From Octopus vulgaris (taxonomy: Eukaryota), in NCBI GenBank assembly GCA_951406725.2, contig OX597830.1, positions 66,526,001-66,590,000 of the forward strand: a stretch of DNA of 64,000 nt, in the 5' to 3' direction. A program made the position numbers and the translations under genes. A model generated the notes under the pieces. The model did no database searches. It was not told the DNA's origin and saw nothing but the letters and a program-made list of their open reading frames with translations. Positions 1 through 12,022 of this stretch are shown here, in pieces. Position 1 is the stretch's first letter, and each line of letters begins with the position of its first letter.

Positions 1-105
1 ATAACAATCAACTTCTGTCATTCAAATTCAAAATGACTGATGACTAACATCACGCTTGAAACTCAAGAATACCAATGAATTTGAATCAAACTGTTTTGAT
101 CCATC

Positions 106-156
<51 letters not shown>

Positions 157-654
157 GTGTGTGTGTGTGTGTATGTTTGTGTTAGGTCCCCAAGGACCTC
201 TTCTGGCTAAAACACAACCTAATCGTAGCTAGCACTACATCACATAGACTGGTTTATTTGGGGGGTTTTTTTTTTAATAGTAGAAGGCAGTTGCTTAAGG
301 TGACCCACTGTGGGACTGAACTTGAAGCCACACGGTTGCAAAGCAAGCTTCTTAACAACACGCAAACACACATATGCACACATGCATGTATACATACAAA
401 TGCACATACATATGTACATACGTACATACATTCATACATACATACATTCATACATACATACATACATACATACACACATACACATACACTCACACACACA
501 GATAGAGGGAATAATAGATGAATAGATACAGATGTACTGAATACAAATATTTTAGTAAGTGGAATGTCTTCTATGTATATATGTGTATATATGTGTGTGA
601 GAATGTATTTCTATGTGCTCGTGTGAAAGTGGTGGTAAAAAGAGACGGAGAAAA

Positions 655-793
655 AGAGAGGGAGAGAGGGAGAGAGAGGAAGTGAGAGAGAGACAAAAAA
701 GCGAGTGGGAGAGAGAGAAAAGGAGAAAGGGGAATGAAAGAGAGAGAGAGAGAGAGAGTGAGAGAGAGAGAGTGAGAGAGAGAGAGTGAGAGA

Positions 794-824
<31 letters not shown>

Positions 825-1215
825 TGAGGGAGGGACGGAGAGAGAGGAAGTGAGAGAGAGACAAAAAAGCGAATGGGGGAGAGAGAAAAGGAGAAAGGGG
901 AATGAAAGAGAGAGAGAGTAAGAGAGAGAGAGTGAGAGAGAGAGAGTGAGAGAGAGAGAGAGTGAGGGAGGGACGGAGAGAGAGGAAGTGAGAGAGAGAC
1001 AAAAAAGCGAGTGGGAGAGAGAGAAAAGGAGAAAGGAGAATGAAAGAGTGAGAGAGAGATGTGGGAGACTAGTAACATGGAAACCGCTATTGAAAAGCGT
1101 TAATGAAAGAGTGGAAATTTGGGAGACTAATAACATAAGAGAAGGAGTGACTAATAGAGATGATAAATATTAAGGAATAATAATGTCATAATCGAGATAG
1201 GAAAACGAGAAACAA

Positions 1216-1303
<88 letters not shown>
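655..1303. repeat. GA-rich compound repeat with three copies of a ~75-bp purine-rich unit, plus a downstream (GA)n tract
   Basis: GAGAGAGGAAGTGAGAGAGAGACAAAAAAGCGA..GGAGAAAGG.GAATGAAAG recurs at ~670, ~840 and ~978; pure (GA)n at 1220-1303. Confidence 0.85.
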
Positions 1304-1306
<3 letters not shown>

Positions 1307-1804
1307 GAGCAAGAGATGCATTAGTTTTAGTGGGTTTGTTATGTGTTTATATGTTTTTGAACCAATTAAATGTCTGTTTGAAACCCAATCAGTAACGGTT
1401 AGCTGAACCTCATCATAAATTTATTTATTTTATTAGTCTGTCATAGTTGTAATTACATTTTCATCTTATTTAAACTACAGTAAAACAACAATGACAGGGG
1501 GGGGAAAAAAAAAAAAGTAAAACGAAAGTGAAAGTAGAATGAGGCCATTGTCAGTAAGGGTACAAGTATTGACCCTGTAATTCCTGGTTCTCCAGACATT
1601 CAGTGAATTAAAACGAAATTTTTAAGCTTAAACCTAATGTTTAATGTGAAATGAACATTCAACTTTCTATAAGTTCTGATTGTTGATAGTGTGTAGCCCT
1701 AGGCTTGTCCATGTTTGAGTAAACTTATGACCATAGTTGTTCTAGTCATAGCTACTGTCTCAAGCACAAAAACACATATATTATATAACAGGCTTCCACA
1801 CAGT

Positions 1805-2220
1805 TTCTTATTTCTTTTCTGCCCACAAGGGGTCACACACAGAGGGGGAAAACAAGGACAGACAAACGGATTAAGTCGATTATATCGACCCCAGTGAATA
1901 ACTGGTACTTATTTAATTGACCCCGAAAGGATGAAAGGCAAAGTCAACCTCGTCGGAATTTGAACTCAGAACATAGCAGCAGACGAAATACCTATTTCTT
2001 TACTACCCACAAGGAGCTAAACACAGAGGGGACAAAAAAAGGACAGACAAACAAATTAAGTTGGTTTATCGACCCCAGTGCATAACTGGTACTTTTTTAA
2101 TCGACCCTGAAAGGATGAAAGGCAAAGTCGACCTCAGAGGAATTTGAACTCAGAATGTAATGGCAGACGAAATACCGCCACGCATTTCGCCCGGCATGCT
2201 AACGTTTCTGCCAGCTCACT
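1805..2220 (-). mobile_element. SINE family A (GGCGGTGAGCTGGCAGAA head), dimeric copy inserted into a CORE-type SINE
   Basis: Minus strand has head GAGCTGGCAGAAACGTTAGC, B-box GAGTTCAAATTCC and body GTCGACTTTGCCTTTCATCCTTTC twice; flanked by ACACAGTTTCT duplication. Confidence 0.85.
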
Positions 2221-2710
2221 ATGACACAGTTTCTGCCAGCTCACTTCTACACAGTTTCTGTCTACCAAATTCACTCACAAAGCATTGGTCAGTCAGGGGC
2301 TGTAATAGAAGACACTTGTCCAAGGTGTCACACAGTGGGACTGAACCCAAAACCACATGGTTGAAAAGCAAGCTTCTTAACCACACAGACATGCTTGTGT
2401 CTGCTCAAGGTGGGCTAACTGCATGTGCACATAATAGTTTCCTATAAATTCACCTGTAAAGTGGTTGGTGTTAGGAAAGAGCATCCAACCACCAAGAAAA
2501 AAAAAACCAAACCAAATCAGACCAGCGATGCTTGGTGCAGACCTCTGGTTTACCAGCTCCTGTCAAACCATCGAACCCATGCCAACTTGGAGGACAGACA
2601 TTAAATGAGGATGATGATGATGACAATGGTAACGATGAGGATGATGGTGATGGTGAAGATGATGATGATAATGATGATGTTGATGACAATGGTAATGATG
2701 AGTATGATGG

Positions 2711-2748
<38 letters not shown>

Positions 2749-3607
2749 CACACATACCGTAATCACCATCATGTACTCACAAATTATTTCTCATTACAAA
2801 TGGCTCTGACTTTTATAATGGTCGGTAACAGAAGGGACACCAAGGTGTAGAAAATCTGCCTCAATAAACTGTGTCCAACCCATGCAAGCATATGAAAGTG
2901 GGAGGTTAAAAAATAAACAGAAATATAAAAACAATGACCCCTAGATATTAAATGTCGGGTTGGTAGGGTTATACTAAATTACGGAATAGTTCCAGGAAGT
3001 AGTGATCGTCAACAAATATATGTATTTATCTGAGAATATTTAATTAAATTATCTGGTGGTATCCACTTTGTATTCAACATATTATCTGTTCTGCTATTTG
3101 CATAATTACATATATTAATTGGATTTTATTTGTATACATTTTTATGGTGTTGTTTTTTTTTTTTTGGTGGTAGGGGCAGTCTTTATATAACAAAATTAGT
3201 ACTTTCAGATGTATATACATATAACAAAAATATATCAAAACAGAACAGTACAGCAAACATCAAAAATAAATAAATAATAATAGATTCAAATTTTGGCACA
3301 AGGCCAGCAATTTTGAAGGAGCGATAAGTCGATTAGATCAACCCCAGTGTTTGACTTGTACTTATTTTATTGACCCTGAAAGGATGAAAGATACAGTTGA
3401 TCTTGGTGGAATTTGAACTCGGAATGTAAAGGTGGATGAAAATGACTTTTGGCTTCAAGTTCCTGTTTATGATACACTCAAAGACTACAGCATACACGTG
3501 ATCACAAAAACACAAATTTCACGACTTGAGAAGTAAATGCAGCAATACCACTTAGCACACAGCCTCATGACAGTCACTGCTAGCTCCCTCTGTGCATGCA
3601 GCCATGT

Positions 3608-3685
3608 GCTGCCATCTGTTGGCACACTACAGAACTAGTCCAGAGACTTTTTGATTCCATCTCATACTTCACCATCTGATGGCGC
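3608..3685. promoter_or_regulatory. pair of CTCF-like motifs
   Basis: 3608-3623 reverse complement is GCCAACAGATGGCAGC; 3670-3685 is CACCATCTGATGGCGC; both resemble the CCASYAGRKGGCRS core. Confidence 0.35.
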
Positions 3686-3935
3686 ACACGCACACACCCA
3701 CACACATAATAAGCTTCTTTCAGTTTCTGTCTTCCAGATCTATTCTCAAGGTTTTGGTTGGTCTGGAGCTCTAATAGAAGGCACTTACCCAAGGTTCCAT
3801 GCAGGGGAAAACTCTACCTGGAACCATGTGGCTGGAAAGCAAACTTTTTACCACACAACCACTCCTGTGTCTATATTTTACTACCATCAATTCACACATA
3901 AACATTTTATTTATATATATATATATATGCTGAGC

Positions 3936-4277
3936 TGCTGAGACCCCCTTTGGTCATGATTTACCATGAGATTGCACTTAGAAAGGTACCCTCCCAGGCA
4001 CAAGTCTGGGCAAGGTTGTTTTATGGAACACAAGTAGTCATCCATGCATACCGGCCTCCCTTCTCCACATCACCAATGTTATCCAAGGGAAAGGCAAAGG
4101 CTGATATAGCTTAGCACTTGTGAAGTTGCAACTCATTTCTACAGCTGAGTGAAATTGGAGCAATGTGAAATAAAGTGTCTTGCTCAAGAACACAACACAC
4201 AACCCAGTCTGGGATTCAAACTCACAAACTCACAATTGTAAGCTCGACGCTCTAACTACTGAGCCATGCACCTTCAC
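3936..4277 (-). mobile_element. tRNA-derived SINE (head 1 + tail Y), first copy of a tandem pair
   Basis: Minus-strand A-box TGGCTCAGTAGTTAGAGC, B-box GAGTTTGAATCC, body GTGTTCTTGAGCAAGACACTTTATTTCAC. Confidence 0.85.
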
Positions 4278-4295
4278 ATAAATTAAAGTGTTGAG

Positions 4296-4635
4296 TGCTG
4301 AGACCCCCTTCAGTCATGAATGACCATGGGATTGCACCTAGAAAGTTACCCTCTCAGGCACAAGTCCGGGCAAGGTTGTTTATGGAAGACCAGTAGTCGC
4401 CCATGCATACTGGCCTCCCCTCTCCACATCACCAGTGTTATCCAAGGGAAAGGCAACAGCCAATATAGCTTGGCACCGGTGATGTCGCAACTCATTTCTA
4501 CAGCTGAGTGAACTGGAGCAATGTGAAATAAAGTGTCTTGCTCAAGAACACAACACAGAGCCCGGTCCGGGATTCAAGCTCACAACCTCATGATCATAAG
4601 CTCGACACTCTAACCACTAAGCGAAGCGCCTTCAC
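4296..4635 (-). mobile_element. tRNA-derived SINE (head 1 + tail Y), second copy of the tandem pair
   Basis: Aligns end to end with 3936-4277; other copies at ~19827-20140 (-) and ~39279-39495 (+). Confidence 0.85.
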
Positions 4636-4641
4636 TATGTG

Positions 4642-5029
4642 TTTACTCTTTTACTCTTTTACTTGTTTCAGTCATTTGACTGCGGCCATGTTGGAGCACC
4701 ACCTTTAATCGAGCAACTCGACCCTGGGACTTATTCTTCTGTAAGCCCAGTACTTATTCTATCGGTCTCTTTTGCTGAACTGCTAAGTAACGGGGACACA
4801 CCAGCATCGGTTGTCAAGCAATGCGAGGGGAGGACAAACACACACATGCATAGATATATATATACATATATACGACGGGCTTCTTTTCAGTTTCCGTCTA
4901 CCAAATCCACTCACAAGGCTTTGGTCAGCCCGAGGCTATAGTAGAAGACACTTTCCCAAGGTGCCATGCAGTGGGACTGAACCCGGAACCATGTGGTTGG
5001 TAAACAAGCTACTTACCACACAGCCACTC

Positions 5030-5034
<5 letters not shown>
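4642..5034 (-). mobile_element. CORE-type tRNA SINE (family B), full length
   Basis: Reverse complement of 8019-8422; tail TTTTACTCTTTTACTTGTTTCAGTCATTTGACTGCGGCC. Confidence 0.9.
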
Positions 5035-5070
<36 letters not shown>

Positions 5071-6330
5071 TTTATATATATCTTTTTACAAAAACCAATA
5101 TAACATTGACATAATCACTACTGAGCTTGGTGCAGTCTCCTGGTTTAGCAGTTCTTTTAGAAAACTGTTTTTGATTGGTGGTGGTGGTGATGATCATGAT
5201 GATGATGATGATGAACATAATCACCGCTAATTTTAAAACTCAAATGCATAAAACACACCCAATAAAATAAATAAAAAGAATCATTAAAATTCAATGTTCA
5301 TAAAATGAGTTAATAATTAAAAAAAAAAAACCCATCAAAGTTTGTAACATCGTCTGATTCTGTAAATAACTCCAACCATACATTTTTATTTAGTTTTTCC
5401 TTGCTTGCGACTTTACATGCAGTGTTGTTGTAATATATATATATGCTTACGGGGTTTCATAGTTGCAGGTAATGAACTGTGCACATTAAGCATTTGATGT
5501 CTCAGGCCTACCTATCTTTAGTATCTTCATTTCCATAGGTTTGTTGTATTTATATATTTTTCAACTCAAGCATAATGCTGCTAGGACCAGATTAAGACCC
5601 ATACAGCTCTTAAAATATTTTGGTGTCCCCGTATATATATATATGTAATTCAAAATGTAAACATTAATAAACCGTAAAATAAAATTTTTGTTTTTAAAAA
5701 TGTAACAAAACTAACAGTAAGATGGAGAATAATGTTTATTTTTGTATACTTTGACTTTTTTTTTATTTGAAAAGTTTTCTGCTTTTTTTAATTGCAAAGT
5801 CTTTGATCAAATCCTGATTACGACGCCATGCACACTTTGAAATTATATTTCCAATCATATAAACCACATTGAATATTACTTCAGCAAGTTTAAAATGATT
5901 TCTTTTGTGCCATAAACCATTTACCATCTCTGTGGTAAAGGGTGTACAGCATAAAAAGAATCACTTTAAACTGGCTTAAATAATATTCAACATGGTTTAT
6001 ATGATCAAAAATATAATTTCAAAGTGTTCTTGGTGTCATAATGAGGATCTGATCAAAAACTTTGCAATTAAAAGAAAGTAGAAAACTTTTCAAATATGAA
6101 TGAAGTATTTACATATATAGACACAGGCATGGCTGTGTGGTAAGAAGCTTGCTTCCCAACCACATGGCTCCAGGTTCAGTCCCACTGCTTTGCACCTTCG
6201 GCAAGTGTCTTCTACTATAGCCTCGAGCTGACCAAAGCTTTGTGAGTTGATTTGGTAGACAAAAACTATATATATATATGTGTATATATATATATGTATA
6301 AGGGTGAAAAGGAACACACGAGTTGATATA

Positions 6331-6995
6331 TATGAAAAAACAAGTCAAGATAGAAAATGCTAAAATAATTTTATAATGAACATTTCAGTACCGGTTTCGG
6401 CCATTTTGTGACTTTTCAACTGTAACGATTAAATAATTAAATTTAGAAAAATTAAAAGAAAAGTTTTTTTAAAGGAATATTTGTATTTGTATAGTGTATA
6501 AGTGGCATTTCCCTTATTGAAAGTTATACTAAAAAGCATTAGTGATAAAGTTAAGAAGTAGAAGGTGGAGCAGGAGAAGAAGAAGAACACCTATGCAAAT
6601 TCTATAAACAAACCTTTCAATAGAAATATTCTCATGAATTGAACTGCAACTGCTAGCTGCCACTGACCATTCAAAATACTACAATCAAAGCACTCCCAAA
6701 TTTTCCCACCCCTTCTCCTCATCATCCTTCTTCTTCTTCTTCTACCCCACCAAGAATTCACAATGACCTCCAACCCACAAGTGTAAACAAGAGAGACAGA
6801 GAAAGGCAGAAACAAGGAAAATGCCACTTATACACTATACAAATACAAATATTCCTTTAAAAAAACTTTTCTTTTAATTTTTCTAAATTTAATTATTTAA
6901 TCGTTACAGTTGAAAAGGTCACAAAATGGCCGAAACCGGTACTGAAATGTTCTTTATAAAATTATTTTAGCATTTTCTATCTTGACATGTTTTTT

Positions 6996-6999
<4 letters not shown>
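6331..6999. mobile_element. fold-back element with ~185-bp inverted arms, each carrying a hammerhead motif (PLE-derived, inferred)
   Basis: 6331-6515 is a near-perfect reverse complement of 6814-6999; ~300-bp spacer; TA-repeat flanks. Confidence 0.85.
6907..6944 (+). ncRNA. minimal type-I hammerhead ribozyme, U3-A8 variant (inverted copy at 6386-6422, minus strand)
   Basis: CAG-TTGAAAA-GGTC(ACAAAAT)GGCC-GAAA-CCGG-TA-CTG: stem I CAG/CTG, stem II GGTC/GGCC, palindromic stem III ACCGGT, GUA cleavage triplet. Confidence 0.6.
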
Positions 7000-7062
<63 letters not shown>

Positions 7063-7089
7063 GTGCATGTGTATGCACACATACATGCA

Positions 7090-7552
7090 TACAGGTGAGA
7101 ATCTCATTACATTCATGGAGCAGACCTTTACGTTACAGGAGTTAGACATCGGGAATCTCACTGTCAGTGTTCCTATAGGATACCTGTAACGTCACACATT
7201 TGTAGTGCTGGACATATCCTTCATAGAGCTGAGACTGACCTCTATGCTGTTACTGTTGAACCGTTGCCTAAATCTGTAACTGGTCAGGAAGTGTTTACTG
7301 ATAGTTGAGCCAAAGGTTTTCACACTGATGTTATACGGTGGGTTATACCATATGATGTTCTTCTTACTTGTGAAGTCAGGCTGGCTATCACCTAACTATG
7401 ATGAATATTTAACTTTATCTAAGAAATAGCTGACTCATTGTAGTATCTAATGGTTTTGATGAATGTGACTTCACCTGAAGATAAAGACATCCTCTTACCA
7501 ATGATATCAGGTAGATGGTTTGATTTAGCATTCAAATATAATGAGATGGTAT
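7090..7552 (-). pseudogene. decayed Penelope-like element ORF fragment (RT thumb and linker towards GIY-YIG)
   Basis: Minus-strand translations YLNAKSNHLPDIIGKRMSLSSGEVTFIKTIRYYNES and KKNIIWYNPPYNISVKTFGSTISKHFLTSYRFRQRFNSNSIEVSLSSM resemble the PLE motifs SNHPP and RNIIWFNPPFS..KHFP..FNRN..VSYSCM; interrupted by stops. Confidence 0.75.
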
Positions 7553-7878
7553 TAAAAGACTCCGCCGGTTACGACGACGAGGGTCCCAGCTGATACGATC
7601 AACGGAACAGCTTGCTCGTGAAATTAACGTGCAAATGGCTGAGCATTCCACAGACACGTGTACCCTTAACGTAGTTCTCGGGGATAATCAGCGTGACACA
7701 GAGAGTGACAAGGCTGACCCTTTGAAATACAAGTACAACTCATTTTTGCCAGCTGAGTGGACTGGAGCAACGTGAAATAAAGTGTCTTGCTCAAGGACAC
7801 AACGCGTCGCCGGGAATCGAACTCACAACCTTACGATCATGAGCCGAATGCCCTAACCACTAAGCCACGCGCCCTCAC
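7553..7878 (-). mobile_element. tRNA-derived SINE (head 1 + tail X), CpG-rich young copy with 12-bp TSD
   Basis: Head GTGAGGGCGCGTGGCTTAGTGGTTAGGGC..GAGTTCGATTCCCGG; TSD ATGAGATGGTAT at 7541-7552 and 7879-7890. Confidence 0.9.
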
Positions 7879-8018
7879 ATGAGATGGTATACATATGTGT
7901 ATATTTATTAAATATCCTCTACTAACACTTGATATCTTCTCATGCTGGAGATGCTAATTGCTTTTCGAAAGATAGCTCTATTGGTTTGACATATCATGAA
8001 CTTAAGTAATGCATATTA

Positions 8019-8422
8019 GGCGCAGGAGTGGCTGTGTGGTAAGTAGGTTGCTTACCAAGCACATGGTTGCGGGTTCAGTCCCACTGCGTGGCATCTTGGG
8101 CAAGTGTCTTCTACTATAGCCTCGGGCCGACCAAAGCCTTGTGAGTGGATTTGGTAGACGGAAACTGAAAGAAGCCTGTCGTATATATGTATATATATAT
8201 ATACATGCGTGTGTGTGTTTGTGTGTCTGTGTTTGTCCCCCTAGCATTGCTTGACAACCGATGCTGGTGTGTTTACATCCCCGTCACTTAGCGGTTCGGC
8301 AAAAGAGACCGATAGAATAAGTACTGGGCTTACAAAAGAATAAGTCCCGGGGTCGAGTTGCTCGATTAAAAGCGGTGCTCCAGCATGGCCGCAGTCAAAT
8401 GACTGAAACAAGTAAAAGAGAG
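8019..8422 (+). mobile_element. CORE-type tRNA SINE (family B, octopus OR-like), full length
   Basis: Head GGCGCAGGAGTGGCTGTGTGGTAAG, B-box GGTTCAGTCCC, CORE-like TGGCATCTTGGGCAAGTGTCTT, internal TA/TG microsatellite, CR1-like tail GCGGTGCTCCAGCATGGCCGCAG; many partial copies across the window. Confidence 0.9.
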
Positions 8423-8678
8423 CAAATGAGAGAGATATCATATTTATTGATGCAATGTCAAAGTATCCCAAATAAGATTCAAGGTGAGGAAGTTGATGGT
8501 GGAGGGGAAGGAGGAAATCCTGAATCTCAATAAACAAAAGAATATATAATGATACCTCCCCACCCCAGCATTTTTCCTGCCCTATACAGAAATGAGAGTT
8601 GAAGCAGAAGATCTTTTTTCCTTTTTTTATAGGGGTTCTTCATTATTTAAGGCTGACTTCGCTTCTACACACGTGTGC

Positions 8679-8711
<33 letters not shown>

Positions 8712-9105
8712 GGCCTGGACAAGATTTTTGTGGGGAAGACTAGAAGTTTTCCTATGCATGCAAGTCCCTTCTCTTCATGTCATCAGTGTTTATCCAAGAG
8801 GGTGATTACTGTCTTGAGTTGGTACAATTTGGCACCAGTTCTGTCATGGAGAATGATGTTAGAATGCAAGGAACCAGAACAAGTATTGCCAGGTATCTTT
8901 CCCCAATATTCTGACATTTCTATCAATCCCTCACCCTGGTTTGGTACTTTCTCAGCAATCATGAAAGGGTGAAAAGCAAGGTTGATTTCACCTGCATTTG
9001 AACTCAGAGTGCAGGGTATCAGAATATATACTGCAAGGCATTCTCCCCAATGCTTTGCTAATTTGCCTCCTTTAATTTTTTAAAATTCACCAGCAAATAT
9101 AAGCA

Positions 9106-9925
9106 CAGGCATGGTTATGTGGTAAGAAACTTGCTTCTCAACCACCTAGTTCATGGTTCAGTCCCACTGCATGGCACCTTGAGCAAGTGTCTTCTGCTAT
9201 AGTCTTTGGCTGACCAAATCCTTGTGAGTGGATTTGGTAGACAGAAACTGAAAGTAGCCTATTGTATGTATGTGTGTGTGTGTGTGCGTATGTGTGTGTG
9301 TGTGTATGCGTATATATATGTCTTTGTGCACGTGCTTATTTCCCCCACCCCACCACCACTTGACAACTGGTGCTGGTGTGTTTACATCCCTGTAACTTAG
9401 TGGTTCAGCAGAAAAGACAAATAGAATAAATACCAGGTTTTAGAAGAGTAAGTTCAGCAGTTGATTCATCATCATCATCATCATTGTTTAACGTTCGTTT
9501 TCTGCGCTAGCACGGGTTGGACGGTTCGACCGGGGTCTGGGAAGCCAGGGGCTGCACCAGGCTCCAGTCTGATCCGGCAGAGTTTCTACAGCTGGATGCC
9601 CTTCCTAATGCCAACCACTCCGCGAGTGTAGTGGGTGCTTTTTACGTGCCACCTGCACAGGTGCTGGGGGGGGGGGGTCCGGCATCGGCCACGATCGGTT
9701 GGAGCTTTTTAACGTGCCACCGGCACGAGAGCCAGCCAAGGCTTTGCTGGCAACAGCCACATTCGGATGGTGCTTTTTATGTGCCACCAGCACTGGAGCC
9801 AGTTGGGGCAGTGCTGGCATCAGCCACGTTCGGACGGTGCTTTTTATCATTTGATTAAAAATTCTTCAATGCAGTGCTCCAGCATGGCTGCAGTCTAATG
9901 ACTGAAACAAGTAAAAGATAAAAAA
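9106..9925 (+). mobile_element. family B SINE interrupted by an RTE 3'-end copy (9466-9845, minus strand)
   Basis: SINE head at 9106 and tail at 9870-9925; insert begins (CAT)n-TGTTTAACGTTCG and carries ~60-bp GC-rich subrepeats. Confidence 0.8.
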
Positions 9926-10855
9926 ACCCAAATCATTCCTATTTCTGCAGCAGATGCAAAACTGAGATCTCTTTTGCGTAAAGAAAAGAAATATTTAAAA
10001 TTTAAACAAGACCTTCATGCTCCCTGTTTTTACAAAAAATAAATATACCAGAATTTTTTTTTCTTTTTATATTGATTCTTGTTGACACAGCCCACTTTTA
10101 GTTAGCTCAAATTCCTGTGTCTGCTATAAAATAAGAACATGTCTCATCCTTGCTAGAAGAGTAAACAAACCTCAGGCTTGCTGTGGAGAGGAGGTAGATT
10201 CAATTTGGCTGTTTAAGCAGACAGGTCCTAGCCTTACCATAGAAAAAAAACTGATCCCTGCTATTTAATCCCAGTGGACAACCCTTGTATTTACTCTTGA
10301 AGCAAGCATGTCTCAGTCCCACTAGAGACATTGGCAGGTTCTATTTCATCAATGATATGAGAATGAAATTCATGACTATGATGAAAGAATTCCTTGAAAG
10401 GCTGTGTAAACACTGTATGATAGCGATATATATTTCATGAAACTGAAAAAGGTTAATATTTTTGGCAAGGAATGTTATAAATTTGAGTGATATACAAACA
10501 AACTAGGTGAGAAGCTGAGATACATTTTCAAATGATGTTGTTGAATTACTAAAAATAATATTTCTTTTTATGACTCTTCTTATATCCTTTTTTTACAGTT
10601 TATATTTTGGTTTATTTCTCTTCCCTCGTATGTTGAAATAGATAACAAGGTAACATGAGGACTAGAGCAGGAAATGTTGCAAAACTGGCGAAATAGAGGG
10701 TTGAGGCATGTAAGACAGTGTAATAGATTGAGAATTAAAAATTAGTTTACAATTAGGTGCAGGTATGGCTGTGTGGTACAAAGTTTGCTTCCCAATCACA
10801 TGGTCCTGGTTTCAGTCCCACTGAGTGGCACCTTGTGCAAGTGGATTCAGGAATC

Positions 10856-11259
10856 GGATCTTTTCGGTTTGAACGGCAGTTTTTTCTAGCGGTGTCATAT
10901 GAAATTGTCACCCATAATTATGACCCTAGTATTGATCTATTGCATTTCAATCTGTTTTAGGGTTAGGGAGAAGGGTATCTTTTTTCTTCAGAAATGTAAA
11001 TAAACCCAATCTGTTTCTAAACGAGGGACATATTCATACAGCACAGAATGCTTTTTACCTCAATACACGTCATTGATTGGTTGAAATCGCAGAAATTGAA
11101 GAAAAAACAACAACAAATATCTTACAAACCACAGAATTTTCTCAAGAAAGCCAAGAGAAAAAGATGTTTTATAAACACATTCTACCAGTATACGAAGTTT
11201 AAAAGTGTTTAGTTACCTAGAAATTATGTTAAAAACTGCCGTTCAAACTGAAAAGATCC
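10856..11259. mobile_element. MITE with 29-bp TIRs and 8-bp TSD (Merlin- or MULE-like)
   Basis: TIR GGATCTTTTCGGTTTGAACGGCAGTTTTT / AAAAACTGCCGTTCAAACTGAAAAGATCC; TSD CAGGAATC at 10848-10855 and 11260-11267. Confidence 0.9.
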
Positions 11260-11419
11260 CAGGAATCTAAGCAGCTGCATCTACACCCTCCTGGGTGGCA
11301 ATAGAGAAAGAGACAATGGGGACAAGTAGAGGATACTACTGGAAGTTTTCAGCTTTGACCCTACACACAGGCAGCTGTAAGGTGATGGTTGTCATTAAGC
11401 TATATCTTGGTAAACTCTA

Positions 11420-11640
11420 AGGCAGTAAGCTGGCAGAAGCATTAACATGCAGGACAAAATGCTGCTAAGCATTTTGTCCAGTCTGTCTTCACATTCTGAG
11501 TTCAAATTCCGCCAAGGTCGATTTTGCTTTTCATCCTTTCAGGGTTGATAAATTAAGTACCAGTTGCATACTGAGGTTGATCTAATCGACTGACCCCCTC
11601 CCACCAAAATTTCGGGCCTTGTGCCTAGAGTAGAAAAATA
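11420..11640 (+). mobile_element. SINE family A, diverged
   Basis: GGCAGTAAGCTGGCAGAA head; TTCTGAGTTCAAATTCCGCCAAGGTCGATTTTGCTTTTCATCC body. Confidence 0.8.
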
Positions 11641-11697
11641 TATCTTCTTAAACTCTCTTTCATTGAAGTGGCAAGAGAGTTGAAGTGGCAATGCAGA

Positions 11698-12022
11698 GTG
11701 AAGGCAAATGGCTTAGTGTTTAGGGTTTTCAGCTCATGATCTTAAAGCCGTGAGTTCAGTTCTTGGTTGTGCATTGCGTCTTTGAGACGGACTTTTTATT
11801 TTGTGTTGCTCCAGTCCACTCTGCTGGCAAAAATTAATAGTACCTTATATTTCAAAAGGTCACCCTTGTCACACTCTGTGTCACACTGAATCTCCCTGTG
11901 AACTATGTTAAGGGTACACGTGTCTGTGGAATACTCAACCACTTGCATGTTAATTTCACAAGCAGGCTGTTCTGTTGATCGGATCAACTAGAACCCTCGT
12001 AGTCAAAACGAAGAGAGTGCCA
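11698..12022 (+). mobile_element. tRNA-derived SINE (head 1 + tail X)
   Basis: Reverse complement of 7553-7878, more diverged. Confidence 0.8.
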
